Shown here: positions 1 through 11,559 of the stretch, one piece after another
Layout: the number at the start of each line of letters is the position of its first letter
Numbering within the stretch: position 1 is the first letter of the stretch
Assembly: GCA_013239625.1 (NCBI GenBank)
Contig: MU054001.1
Coordinates: 5,062,167-5,126,166 of the forward strand
Source of the DNA: Lama guanicoe
Taxonomy: Eukaryota
Length of the DNA: 64,000 nt
Reading direction: 5' to 3'
Position numbers and translations under genes: made by a program
Notes under the pieces: model-generated
The model's input: only the letters and a program-made list of their open reading frames with translations
The model's database searches: none
What the model was told of the DNA's origin: nothing

Positions 1-182
1 CAGGAGCTAAATGAAAACAAACAAACAAACAAAAAAACATTGGTGGAGTTGAGTCATTGGAGATCATTCAAGGATCCTTTCTGTCTTCCTTCTCGTACTA
101 AGAAATGTGATTCTTATAGATTCTGAAAGGGGTAGCCACTGGAGAGGTGGAGACATAGCTTAGTAGAAGGCCACCAATAAAG

Positions 183-272
183 GACCTGGGTTTTAATCTC
201 AGCGTTGGCCCTGATGTGTTATATAACCTTGAGCAAACCCTTCCCTCTTTCTACACCTCAGTTTCTCTACCT
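183..272 (+). mobile_element. MIR SINE core fragment
   Basis: gacctgggttttaatctcagc...accttgagcaaaccc...cctcagtttctctacctg resembles the MIR core; boundaries approximate. Confidence 0.6.
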
Positions 273-496
273 GCGCTCTGGATCAGCTATCCAGGGACAC
301 TGAGAATGAATGCTGTAACAGACAGAAAAGTGTTTTAGATGGAAAATGCCATAAAATAAATTCAAGGTGTTATTATTTTAAGGTGCAAAATCAGAACTTA
401 TAAAACCAGGCGTAAAAATGTCCTGGCGGATATATTTTCATTCTGGAGAAAATTAATGGCTGCATCTTGGGCTTGAATTTTCCACAGAGCCAATCC

Positions 497-655
497 CAGA
501 ATGTTGGAGTTGGAAGCATCCTTAGAGATATTTAATCCCACTCTTCCCGAAGGGGGACTGAGGCCCAGAGAGGGAAGGGACTTGCTCAGCGCTACACAGT
601 AGGTTAGTGACTCAGTTGGGACTGGGACTTGTTAGTCCTGACACCTTTTCCTCCA
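497..655 (-). mobile_element. MIR (MIR3/MIRc-like) fragment
   Basis: gggactgaggcccagagagggaagggacttgctcag is the reverse complement of the MIR core. Confidence 0.6.
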
Positions 656-940
656 TTCCAATCTTTTCATGGGGATGGCAGAGAGTGCGAGGGCTAACAC
701 CTATGAACCATCTCTAAGTGATGGTTTGTGAGACCTTCCTCAGCAGCTGGACACATCTGTCCCTGGTGGAGATCTCTGACTCGCAGGCCCAGGGAACTCT
801 CAGAGGAAATTCCTGCCACAATTGCTGACCTCAGCTCCTCAGCGTTATAGACTGGCTTGACCTGGAAACTCTACTGCCAGTCACATCTCCCCCACTAGGC
901 TGGTTCCTATACAGTGTGGCTTGGTCTGGTTTGAGTGTAG

Positions 941-1100
941 AGGTAATTGCAATATATTGAGGTTTGGTATTGTAATAAAAATAGGGGCCATTACAGCGAC
1001 CATTTATGTCATTAGTATTTAGTGGTGGTGTGTTGCAGCTTTTTTAGTGCTCATAAAACTGTCGCTGCTTGCAGATATGTCACGATGCTGATATAAATTT
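941..1100. mobile_element. Possible ancient low-copy palindromic repeat (MER135/UCON/Eulor class)
   Basis: Imperfect inverted repeat (cagcgac 994-1000 / gtcgctg 1061-1067, with inner tttatg/cataaa) and CpG-decay-like text; resembles my recollection of MER135, unverified. Confidence 0.4.
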
Positions 1101-1173
1101 AAAGGGTTAGAAATCCATAAGTCATAAAAACTAGATAGTAAATAGCAGCAGAACAGGATGGACAAGAACTGTT

Positions 1174-1230
1174 GCATTAGGCATGCAAATGCTTATGGAT
1201 TTGCATGTCTAGTGCTTGCATTAGCATAAT
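1174..1230. promoter_or_regulatory. Palindromic double octamer (POU-factor) site in candidate enhancer
   Basis: ATGCAAAT 1183-1190 and ATTTGCAT 1199-1206 within a 17-bp inverted repeat; variant ATTAGCAT at 1220-1227. Confidence 0.45.
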
Positions 1231-1455
1231 GAGAAGCACATTTACATTACAGATGGACTTGATTAACCAGGCCCTTGTAAATAAGTCCACTCAGCCTAAA
1301 TAGGGATGCTTGGACCTCAGAGGAGGGATTGTTAAGGGACCCAAAGGGCAAGTAGAGTCACTTCTTGCTTCTTCTCTTGTGGCATTGACTTAGTAGAGAA
1401 GTCTTCAGAATCACTGATAATGCTCAAAGGGGAATGGATTTGGACTTGTTTGATG

Positions 1456-1690
1456 TAATAATAATAGCTAGCACTGAATGCTTACTATGTACTAGCCACT
1501 ACCTGGAAATTTTATATATATTTACTCTCTTAGTCCTTACAACAGCAGCTCTATTCTTATATCCACATTATAGATGAGGAAGCTGAGGTATAGAGAAGAT
1601 AGTGGAATTTTTCAAAGTCTGTTATTAGATGGCAGAACCAGGATGTGAATCCAGCAGTCTGGCTCAAAGCCCAAGATCTTAACTACTATA
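1456..1690 (-). mobile_element. Near full-length MIR SINE
   Basis: taataataatagctagcactgaatgcttactatgt ... agatgaggaagctgagg ... gaatccagcagtctggctcaaagccc...cttaactacta spans the MIR consensus in reverse. Confidence 0.8.
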
Positions 1691-1701
1691 TTAGCTTCTC
1701 C

Positions 1702-2150
1702 TTATTCACTCAACTCATGCAGGCATGCAGCTAACACTTCTTAAGCATTTCCTACATACCAGGCCCCATGCTACTGTTAAGAGATAAAAACAGCAAGATA
1801 AAGACTCACTCTTCTTAAAAAGTTCATGTTGGAGAAATTGAGATGAAAGCAAAAACTCTCATATTGTGCTCAAGGAGCTCAAACAAGCACACTTAGCTCC
1901 CAGGAAAAGTGGGTAAAAGAAGGCTCCTAGGAGGAGGTGTCCCTTAAACTGAGACTTAAAGGATGTGTAGGAGCCCAGCAGGTGAAGAGCAGAGGATTAG
2001 AGCATTTGCTCAGGGAATAGCAAGTGCAGAGGCATGGAAATGGGGAGCACTGGGTGTGTTCTCAGACCCTTAAGTCATTCCACACTGGAGGTGGGGCACA
2101 TATGAATGGGACACAGGAGGAGAAGCAGGCACTAGTCATGAGGAGTTGGA
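1702..2150 (-). mobile_element. L2 LINE 3' fragment
   Basis: ttattcactcaactc...aagcatttcctacataccaggcc and ggaggaggtgtcccttaaactgagacttaaaggatg, the reverse of the L2 3' end. Confidence 0.7.
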
Positions 2151-2309
2151 GGACATGGGGAGACCTGGAGGGTTCAATTGATCAAACGATTCTCCAAACA
2201 AAATCCTCACTCTAGATCAGGCACAAGGATTTGCTGCTCAAATACCAACTCCCTATTATAAATTTCTGAGCCAAACCCTATTCCAAAGTCCTGTGCCTCT
2301 TCCATCATT

Positions 2310-2400
2310 TCATAGTTTCATAATTCCCCAGGGTTGGTTAGGACATCATGGCCATTCAGACCAGCACTTTCAATGCAGGAATCCTGCTACAAGCTCCTCT
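2310..2400 (-). mobile_element. L3/CR1 3'-end fragment
   Basis: Reverse strand reads ggattcctgcattg...gatgtcctaaccaaccctggggaattatgaaactatga, similar to the CR1/L3 3' terminus. Confidence 0.35.
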
Positions 2401-3544
2401 TAACTGGGGTTGGTTAGGACTCTCCATCTGCAGTTGGGTGGGGGTGAAATTTGAGCTGGCTCATCCTTGGGAGCCCAGTCGAATGAAAGGTCCAATATTT
2501 TAGAATGTTCTCCATTAAAATTTATCTGTTCCACAAGCTCTCCTTGTGGTAATGGCTCCTAATAGTACATATACTACTCATTCAAAGTACATTTGAGTGG
2601 AAGCCTCCAATAAATTATATTTTTTATGGTGCCTGACAACTCAGGAAATTCCCAAGGGCTTGCAATTCATTTTGAATCACCCTAGGGAATCAAGGTGGGA
2701 CACATAAACCTTTGTACTTTTAAATACTACGTAATGTAGATTATTCAGGAGGTGGGGCAGTGATACTGGTCATCTTCTCCACTGCTTGGAACCTTCTAGT
2801 TTTTTTGTTGGTGTCTCTGAAATCTTTGCTAATCAGGCAGAAGTTGTCATCTTGAAATAGGCAAGAGATGTTGTGTGAGGACCCTCGTCCAGGCTCTTTA
2901 GTGAGGGACAGAAATAAGGCATCTGGGAACAAGAGCCATGGGTGTTTCAGAAGCAACAAAGTGTCAGGGAGAAATATAGTAGAAATGCCCCAGGCAGAAC
3001 TCCTCACAGGAGCAGTGAAAGCTATGCTGGAGATACCACTGGGTCATGGTCCTCTCGAGTCATCTTCCACCCCACCCCTCATCCCTGACTCCTCGTGAAC
3101 TCTGGCTAGAGCTCATCTGTGTTTCTTCTTCCCCCAGTGAATCCAATCAAGATGAAGTTTTCCACACTCTTCGCTGCTTCTGCCCTTTGATCAGCCAGGA
3201 GCTTCTCAGAAGTTCCTTTCCGAAAGATGGTGGGAAAGCTGGATTTGATGCTGTGAGCCCTAAGAAACAGAGTGATCCTGCCTTGCCCTCTGGCCAGTGA
3301 AGCCACAGGCTTGTAGCATTCATTTCCATGGTCTCAGGGCCAGCAAGTCTCTGACAGTTGGATCTTCTCAGACCCTGTAGGGCACTATCTCCTCTGACTT
3401 CCCTCTGTTTTCCACTCTGGGCCATCAGCACAGCCACAAAGTGGGTCTGTGTAGTGTTGACTTCAAGCTTGAATTAAGGCTGGAGGCATGGTTTCCTCAG
3501 TTCTCAGTTTCTTGAAGGTGCTGGACATGCGGTCCAGTTCATGG

Positions 3545-3832
3545 ATATGCAGTTGTGACAGTGCAACATATGCAAGTGACACTTTATTCGCGTACACATA
3601 CTTGTGCATATTTGTCTCTTTTTGTGTTTGTACATCAGTATATGTCTCTATGTATACATATATGTATATCTTGCTCTGTGTAAGTGTATATACATAAGCA
3701 TGTTTGTGTATTTCTCTCTCTCTGGAGTTGTATAAGTGTGTACCGGTGCTTATGTCTGTGAATATGTGTTCCTGTGTGTATATGTGCATCCATACAAACC
3801 TGTGTGTACAGATGCATCTGTGTGTATACACA
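3545..3832. repeat. Degenerate (TG/TA) alternating purine-pyrimidine low-complexity tract
   Basis: Directly visible tgtgtatatgtgca-type text over about 290 bp. Confidence 0.8.
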
Positions 3833-4124
3833 TCTGAAAATGCTAAGGAGTGTTAGGTAAGTGCTTGGGGGCAAGGCTAACAGCTGACATGGTAATTTCC
3901 TCCCTGGAATTTCAGAGCCTCTAAGGATAAAATCCCTTCATAGGAGGCAGCAGCTTGAGTTGCCAGCTGGTCTGTAAATCCCTTTTATGTTGCTCAAGGC
4001 TACCATCCTAGGGATTAGCCCTGACCTAGTAGTCTACGAGATGACAGAATCTGCAGCAAGATGTGGTTGCACCTCCTGCTCCCCACTCCCCATGAAATAG
4101 GAACACTGAGGGAGAGGGGAAATA

Positions 4125-4310
4125 GCAGTGATATCCAATCCTCACTGAGCTAAGGTTTACGTATGTGAACTCATCTGATTCTCATGACAGCTTTCTGAGG
4201 ATTATTAGTCCCAATTTCCAGGTGAAGACAGTGAGTTTAAGCAACTTGTCAGGATTAGATGTCAGGCAGTGTTCTTCCAAATGCAGTCTGGCTCTTAAGG
4301 GCTAAGTTCT
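4125..4310 (-). mobile_element. MIR SINE
   Basis: ctcatctgattctcatgacagc...attattagtcccaatttccaggtgaagacagtgag...gcagtctggctct. Confidence 0.65.
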
Positions 4311-5559
4311 TCTGGGCTGATCCACACAGACCTGCGGTGTCTTCCCAGTGACTAAACGCCACTCTTGGCCAAATGCCAACACAATAAGGGTTTGTTGTTG
4401 TTGTTGTTCTTTGTCCTTCTTCCCTTTCTTCCTCATTCTTCTCTTCAGTCTGAAGATGTCCACGTTTCATCCTTCAGTGAGCTTCCCACTGGGATATCAC
4501 ACTAGAATTTGTCCTCCCAGTACCCCTAAGTCTCTCACTTTCACCAAAATTGCCTGTCTTGCAAGTGGACACTCTCTCACTGCCCTGCTTTCTGCTTTCC
4601 AAGGTGCTTCCATATTGAGCAAAGACACTCAATCAGTGCTAAGATGATTATGGCTACTAATGAAATCAAGTGTCTCATTTCCCTGGCACAGCATGCAGGA
4701 GCTGAAAGTGCACTTCAAGTTCGTAAAATTCAGTGTCTGCCCTTAGACTCGCAGAAGGGAAGGGACCTGCCTAGGGGACCAACAGCTAGTAAGACGGTGT
4801 TGGCCTTGAATCCAAGTGCTGCAGTTTTAAACCTAATACTTGTCTTACTTCACCACCTTCTGATTTTATAATTAATCCCCAAGAAATGTGATGATGGTGA
4901 GAACTACAGGCATTGAGACTGGTCAATGGTGGAGACAGTGTGGCCGTACTATGAGTCTCTGCCTGTGAGGAGAGCTCGCTTTCTTGAAGTGTTGGGAGCT
5001 CTTGGGAGCCTTCCTGAGTGGATTCAACATGACAGCTTGCCTACCCTTCTCCTGGGCATTTGTCTAAGATTATGAAAATCCCAACCTGAAATGTGATCTC
5101 TTGCACAAATCCAAGATGACCACAAGTGTCAGTCACCCAAGCATCAACATCCTAAGAATAAGATACAGAAATGGGGGGTAAAGGATAATTTTTTATTGCG
5201 ATATCTGGGCTGAATATTTGGTACAGTCCCCCTTGTATGGAAAAGTCAAGACAGAGGTCATTCTGTGAAGCTCCTCAGTAGCTGTCTTTGCAATATTTCA
5301 GACGAACATGGACATTCAGATTACCTGGTTGCAGTGTCCTTGATTCATTTTCTTGGTGGAGCATTGAAAAATACATGGCAGATGTAGCAAGAATCTAAAA
5401 ACCCCAGTGTTGGGGAGAGGAATCTGGGGGCACCTTCCAACAGGGGGTTCTCTGCTTCTACTGAGCTTAGGCCCCGGGATCCCTGCCAGGCTTTAAGGGA
5501 CTCAAGGATACCAGATGTCCTGCAGTGCATTTGGCCTCCGCGTTTTCCCATCTCCAAGA

Positions 5560-5900
5560 AACTCATGAGCAGCTTAAAATGAGTTTCCAAATGTGTGTTT
5601 AGGCTGGATTTACGTCTTGGTTGCTGCATATTAAATGCTGATTATTAAAAACATTTGCATGGCGCTTTAACAACGATAGATTATGTATCTGTTACCTAAG
5701 TCTCAGTGAAGGCTTTATTAATTCATTATTGTTTTATCAACATACAATAAACTGTTCTATTAAATCTAAATTAGACAGATATTTGGGGAGGGATCATCTA
5801 AAAGGACCTCAGCCGAGACTATCCCCAGGGAAGGACTTAATGAAGTTTCAAACAGTTAATAACCCTCAGTTCATAAATAAACCATGGGTATTTAAAGTCC
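5560..5900. promoter_or_regulatory. Candidate conserved non-coding element/enhancer
   Basis: Repeat-free, AT-rich block with many TAAT/ATTA cores (tattaattcatta), an ATTTGCAT octamer near 5652 and retained CpGs; conservation not tested. Confidence 0.3.
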
Positions 5901-6279
5901 TGCAAAATACTAAAATAAGATGTTGAGACTCAACAAAGGAGGTATGAGATAGCACCTTTGGAATTCTCCTTGCAACTCACAGGTATAACCTCCACTTTTA
6001 GACAATATGTATAGGGTACCTGGGAATATGTGGCACTCTTGGGGATGTTAGGATTAACTTTACCCTTGGTTCCAAATTCATTAAGGAAATAAGCAGAAGC
6101 AGCCTTAAGATAATTTTTTCCTTCTCTCAAATAATCCACCTTTGACTTAAAGAAATATTTTGATCTAAGAGGCAAAGTGTGAGAAACAGATTCTGCCTGA
6201 CGGGAGGTAATGTGATAATTTCTTAACAATCCTGTAGGGTAAATTGAAACTTAAATCTCATAACTGTATATTCTGGAGG

Positions 6280-6457
6280 CAGGAGTGGCTACATAGTTTT
6301 CATGGCCCAGTGCAAAATGAAATGCAAGGCCCCTTGTTCAAAAATAATTAAGAATTTAAGGGTAGTAACAGGAGAACATTGAACCAAGCATGTGGGCCTT
6401 TCTATGTGTGGGACCCAGTGTGACTGCATAGGTTGATTGACCATGAAGCTAGCCCTG
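6280..6457 (-). mobile_element. MER45A (hAT-Tip100 MITE), full length
   Basis: 178 bp, caggagtggctacata...ccatgaagctagccctg; internal ggcccagtgcaaaatgaaatgcaaggccccttgttcaaaaataattaagaattt; degenerate 8-bp TSD tctggagg/tctgggtg. Confidence 0.85.
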
Positions 6458-6876
6458 TCTGGGTGGATACTAAGCAAGGAGGATGCAGGCATAAGAGGCA
6501 AAGGCCTTAAGTTCTGGGGTTCTGTTAGAGCAAGGGGAGTAAAGAGATTTGGAAGGACCATTGTAGGGAGAACAGTGAGGCCACAGGGGTAAGTTGGAGC
6601 CACATCATAAGAGGCTTATGTGCCAGGCTAAGGGGGCAGGAAGTTATGGAAAGTTTCAGAGCAGAGTGTGGTGACCTCAGATGTTCAAGCTCACTGACGG
6701 TCAAGGGCAAAGGACTGACTCAATTGGAAAGGTTTCTTCCAATTGCAGTGATCTGTACTTCTAAACATACTCGTTTCTGAGCATTGCTCTGAGCCAAAAC
6801 TTTTTTTTCCATCTTGAGTTCCCAGCAAACACTGTGTGTTCTTTTGGGTGGTGACCAATTATATTAGGATTGAGCT

Positions 6877-7393
6877 TTTCTTAGTCTGGGTTTCCCTGAA
6901 AGAAAAGCCTGAGACGTAGATTGGGTGTAAGTAGTTTAATTATGGAGTGGTACAAATAAGCAGAGTGAGAACAAAGGAGAAAAAGAGAGAAAGAGAAGGA
7001 AAGGCCAGTAAAAGATGTATCATGGAGTGATTTACCACATTGAGTAACTAGGATTCAGTTTCACTGGGGACCGTCCGAGGAACCACACAGAATGCATCAC
7101 AGAATTGTCACTCTGAAGAACAGGAACCTATAGTATTTATCCACTGACCCCATGTCCTGTAGGGTGAGGGTGCCCTTTGTGGGTATAATCTAGCTTGTAC
7201 TTTGGGGCTATACTTGCCAGTATCTGAAGGGCCCTCATGGCTTTAGATAATATTGGGGGGCAAAAAGAAATGGGGAGATGATGAAACACAGTTGAGATAG
7301 GATACTGGCTGTGTGCTCAGAGGCACCCTTACTGCATAGAAATCAGGTGAGCCTATGGCATTATGGCCTGGGACACATAAACTATTGGTAACA
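6877..7393 (-). mobile_element. LTR33-family (ERVL) solo LTR
   Basis: tcttagtctgggtttccctgaaagaaaagcctgagac...ggggaccgtccgaggaaccacacagaatgcatcacagaattgtc...tatttatccactgac matches the LTR33 reverse strand as I recall it. Confidence 0.7.
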
Positions 7394-7920
7394 GGCTCCA
7401 TGGGCCACTGCAAAGTGTCTAAAAGTTTTCGTGGCTCAACCTACTCAAGACTCAGTCTCTGAGGTCTCATAGATGAGTGAAAACATCTTGGGAAAGCAGT
7501 TGGTTGTCCTTCCCAATGCCAACCATAGAAGCAGAGTGTATGTCCTAGGTGGGGATAATTTAGAATATGGGTTAAACCAGAAATCTGCCATGGAGGGTAC
7601 ACTGAGTACCCCCCACATCTCTCTTCCTGTTGGATGCCAGGAATTCTGGCATGGTTCCTCTCTGACTCCTCTGTGAGTGGATTACCTTCTACCCCAAAAC
7701 CTTTAGTGGGAATGGCAGCACAGGAGTGTTGGACTCCTGGCATCACGGGGTTGGAAGGAAGACACATGGCTTTGCCAATGACCAGCTCTGAATCAAAAAA
7801 CCATGAGTTAATTTTAAGATTATAAACTATGGAGAGGGGCAGTCCTGGGTTTGAATCCTGGTACTTGTCAGCTGTGGGATTTTGGGCAAGTCACTCATCA
7901 CCCATTTGTCTATATAGCTA

Positions 7921-8900
7921 TTAATCAACTAAGCAGTTACTGAGCATTGATTCGTTTCCAGGCATGGAACAAGTTCACCTTGGATTTCTAGGCTAGAGGA
8001 GAAGATAGGCAATAAAGGATAAAGAAAAAAGGATAAAAACAAATTGTTACAAGTCTATAAAGATGAATCATATGAAATGGTAGAGTATGATTGGAATGGG
8101 GAAAGTGAATAATAGACAGGATAGTAAGGCTGGATTTCTTACTGGAATAAAAGGAGACAACCATGGAAAAAGCAGAGGTAAGAGGTTTCCAGGCAAATGG
8201 AATAACATGTGTTAAGGCCAGGAGATACTGAAGAGCTTGCATATTTGTGGAACCAAGAGGAGGTCAGGTTGACTAGACCATATTAAGTGAGGGGAAGAGA
8301 GGCAGGAGATAAAGTTGCAGAGGAGAGCATGGGAGTTAGACCTGGTGGCAATATAGTCCAAGGAAAGAACTTTAGATTTTATATAGCCATAGAAATATTT
8401 TAAGCAGAGAATTGATAGATGTGGTACAAGGTACAATTTTTTTGTTTTACAAAAGACCACTCTCAATAAAGCAAGGTGACCCATTTGGAAGAAGGAGAAG
8501 AATAGCCATGGGAGGAACAATGAAGAGAATATTGTGATGTTCCAGAGATGACAGTAATATTTGGGATGGAGGGAGATGAATAGATTTGAGATCTATTTGG
8601 GAAGTAGAGTCAACCAGACTTGTTGATAGGCTGGATATCAAGTGGAAAGAGAAGTTTCAAAGATGATTCCCTGGAGAAACTGTGGTGTCATTTACTGAGG
8701 TGGGAGGACTGAGTTAAGAACATGTGTGTATATGCATGTGGGAGACCAGTCAGACATGTTGAGTGTGAGATGTTTATAAGGCACGCAGGTGGAGGTGGCA
8801 GTTCAGTTTTGGCTCATTGAGTCTAGAGAATTTGGTGACAATGTTTTGGCTGGAGACTAAACTTGGGACTCACTGGCATAGAGATGCTTTTTTGAAAGCC
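7921..8900 (-). mobile_element. L2 LINE fragment (~1 kb)
   Basis: Typical L2 antisense text: ttactgagcattg..., gatttgagatctatttgggaagtagagtcaaccagacttgttgatagg, gtcatttactgaggtggga. Confidence 0.8.
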
Positions 8901-9099
8901 TGCAAAAAGATGTGAACTGTAAAGTAAGGGCAAGAAGACCTTTCTGCAGAGTCAGATATTGCTCAGAAAGGGGAAGTTCCCTCTCCCCTCCTCCATGCCA
9001 CCTTTCCTTCCGTATGGGGACTGGTGGTGGTGGTGGTGCTCTCTGGTGGCTTCACAAAGGCTGGAGTGAGGGACCTAGCCTTAGATAGAGGAACAGCAT

Positions 9100-9650
9100 A
9101 ATCTCGGCTCAGCCCTAATTACAGGCCAGTCTTACATAGGCTCCTTATTTCTCAGCAACATGACGCACTGCGTTGTGCTGGATGACTATCATGAACAAGT
9201 TGGACATGGGCCTTTGACACTGAACTCATTTCCAAGGTGGAGGCCACACTGATTCATCTTTCTTTTAATGCTGTGAGCTGGAGAGGAGAGGCGGGCCTTG
9301 GTGTCAGGAGCCCGAGTCCCACATGCACAGTGACTGCGAGCCCATTTGAAGCTGTGGTGACAAAAAGCCTTGGTTGCTAGGAGGAAGGCAGTGGAGAGGC
9401 CCCACATAGGCTGTTTGCCAAGGCGGATTAAATACACATTGAAATATGAATCATTGGAGGCCTTTTAAAGACTGTCGCCTGACATATAGAAATCACATTT
9501 CTCTTCCGGTGGAAAATGGCAGCAGGTATCAATTGTTAGGGAACACCATGTGAATGGCTGGCAGGCCTTGTACAGTGCTTTGTTCCATGTGGAACATTTC
9601 TATTGCACAATGACAGTGTCTGCAAAATGTCTGCAAATGTACATGGGCAA
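9100..9650. promoter_or_regulatory. Candidate conserved non-coding element/enhancer
   Basis: Repeat-free block with retained CpGs, ctaatta, ggattaa (paired/bicoid-type TAATCC), tgaca and cacaatg motifs; inference only. Confidence 0.25.
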
Positions 9651-9829
9651 AACCACACACACACATACCCTGGTTATCCATTTGTAGATATTTTAGAGCT
9701 TTCTTTCAATTCTTATTAAGAGAGAGGATTCACATGGCTTTAACTGCCTTTGCCTAGCTCCCTAAAGTGTTTCTTCTGCCAAAGAGTTTTTAAGCAATCA
9801 TTATATCAGCTTCAAGCATAATATTCCTT

Positions 9830-10075
9830 TATGTTAAGTTAAAAATCTTAGTTCTGGTCTCAGACTTGAGTCCAAATTTTGGCTCTGCCACTATGATCTT
9901 AAACAAGATGCTTCAACTTTCTAGATCTTACACATTTCCTTACGTATAAATGGAAATGATAATATACTATCAGAATGTACAGAACTATTGGGAGTGGTAA
10001 GGGGTTTAATGCCCAAAGCACATTTAAATAGCACAGAGCCTGGGACATGATAGGTACTCAGAAAGTGCTGTCTGT
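9830..10075 (+). mobile_element. MIR SINE
   Basis: cagacttgagtccaaattttggctctgccact...taaatggaaatgataata...gcacagagcctgggacatgataggtactcag. Confidence 0.65.
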
Positions 10076-10160
10076 TACTTGCATCCCAAGCCTTGACTTT
10101 CAGATGAATTGACAGAGGTCACTAAGTTTAACTGAGTCAGCCAAAGTCACATAGCTGCTG

Positions 10161-10577
10161 TGTTAGGGACTAAATGTTTGTCTCCAACCCATACTCCCTG
10201 CCCACCATCCCAATTCAATATGTTGAAGCCCTAATCCCAAATGTGGTAGTGTTTGGAGTTAAAGCCTTTGGGTGGTCATTGGAGTTAGATTAGGTCTTGA
10301 GAGTGGGGACTCATGATGGGATTAGTGGCTGTGTAAGAAAAGGAAGAGAGCTCTCTCTCTCTCTGTGTCTGAGCTCACACATGGAGGAAAGGACATGGAG
10401 GACAGAACAAGAAGCAGGCTATCTGCAAGCCAGGAAGAGAAGCCTTATCAGGGGCTGAATCAGCCAGTACCTTGGTCTTGGACTTTCCAGCCTCCAGAAC
10501 TATGAGAAGCGAATCTCTGTGATTGAAGCCACCCAATCTATGGTGTTTTGTTATGGTAGCATGAGTGGACTAAGACA
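10161..10577 (+). mobile_element. MLT1A (ERVL-MaLR) solo LTR, inserted into a minus-strand MIR
   Basis: TG...CA termini (tgttagggactaaatgtttg ... gactaagaca); ggactttccagcctccagaactatgaga and aagccacccaatctatggtgttttgttatggtagc hallmarks; MIR text aaagtcacatagctg...gtaagt on either side. Confidence 0.88.
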
Positions 10578-11164
10578 TATGGTAAGTCCCAACTGGAGCC
10601 CATATTCTAGAGCCAAATTTAGGTGCAAATCTGAGATAAGCCCTAGAAATAGGCTCAAAGCATCCAAGGGCATAAAGCAAATTAGGAAGTGGGCCTATAC
10701 TTTGCTTCCTTCTAGTCTTTCTTCTTGGTTTCCATAGGATTCTGGGCGGAAAGAGAAATAGTTTCCTGACCCAATGTCAAAGTGTCCAGATACCAAGAGT
10801 TTAATGACCTTTTTACTCAGAGTCAATATACATTTGATTCATATTTATTTTTTCATTCATTCATTCATTCTTGTAGAGCATTTTCATTCAACCTTAAATC
10901 ACTCAGCACTCTTTGAGCACGTACTCTGTGCAGGATCTTTGCTAAAGAAGTGAAATGCAAACTTGCAAACTCTCTGGGTCAGTGGAGATCTGCACAGCGT
11001 GTTCAGGGCATGAGGCCTTTCCTCCCCATCTGCTCTCCTCCCAAGTCCCGGCACCACACACACACTGGATCTCATCATGGTACTCATTTGGCTCCAGCCC
11101 ACAGCCTCTGGAGTGTGAGTATTCCAGGGCCTATTCCCCATGCCCAGGCTTGTCCATCTACATC

Positions 11165-11426
11165 TCATGGCCCCTTCCTCCATCTCCAAAGCCAGCGAAG
11201 TTGAGTGTTTCTGACTCATTTGTAGTCACATCACTCTCCAACCCGGCCAGGATAGGTTCCCCACTTTTAAGGATTCGTGTGACCAGATTGAGCCCACCTG
11301 GATAATCTCCTCCTTTTAAGGCCCTTAACCTTAATCCCATCTGCAAAGTCCCAAAAGGTAACATATTCACAGGTTCCAGGGTTAGGGCCTGGGCATCTCT
11401 AGGGGTACATTATTCTGCCCACCACT
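11165..11426 (-). mobile_element. MLT1D (ERVL-MaLR) LTR, 5' portion
   Basis: catggccccttcctccatctccaaagccagc...gcccacctggataatct...aaggtaacatattcacaggttccaggg...attattctgcccaccac. Confidence 0.8.
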
Positions 11427-11559
11427 GTCTCTTGGCCGATCTCTGGGTATGGCCAGCACCACTTGATGGGTTCACAGCATCTGTCACTGGGCTCCGGCAG
11501 GCCTGCAGGAGGGTTTTATGTCCCAAGCTAAGAAAGGCAATAAGTTGAAGTTCAGTTTC

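Noticed and set aside
2331..2420. 14-bp direct repeat gggttggttaggac (2331-2344, 2407-2420)
   Set aside because: It is short and associated with a probable CR1/L3 remnant, and no distinct element is defined between the copies.
3463..3874. Overlapping H/T/Y/I-rich ORFs (also the CV/HT-rich ORFs at 35.0-35.4 kb and 37.7-38.2 kb)
   Set aside because: They are artefacts of translating TG/CA/TA low-complexity tracts.
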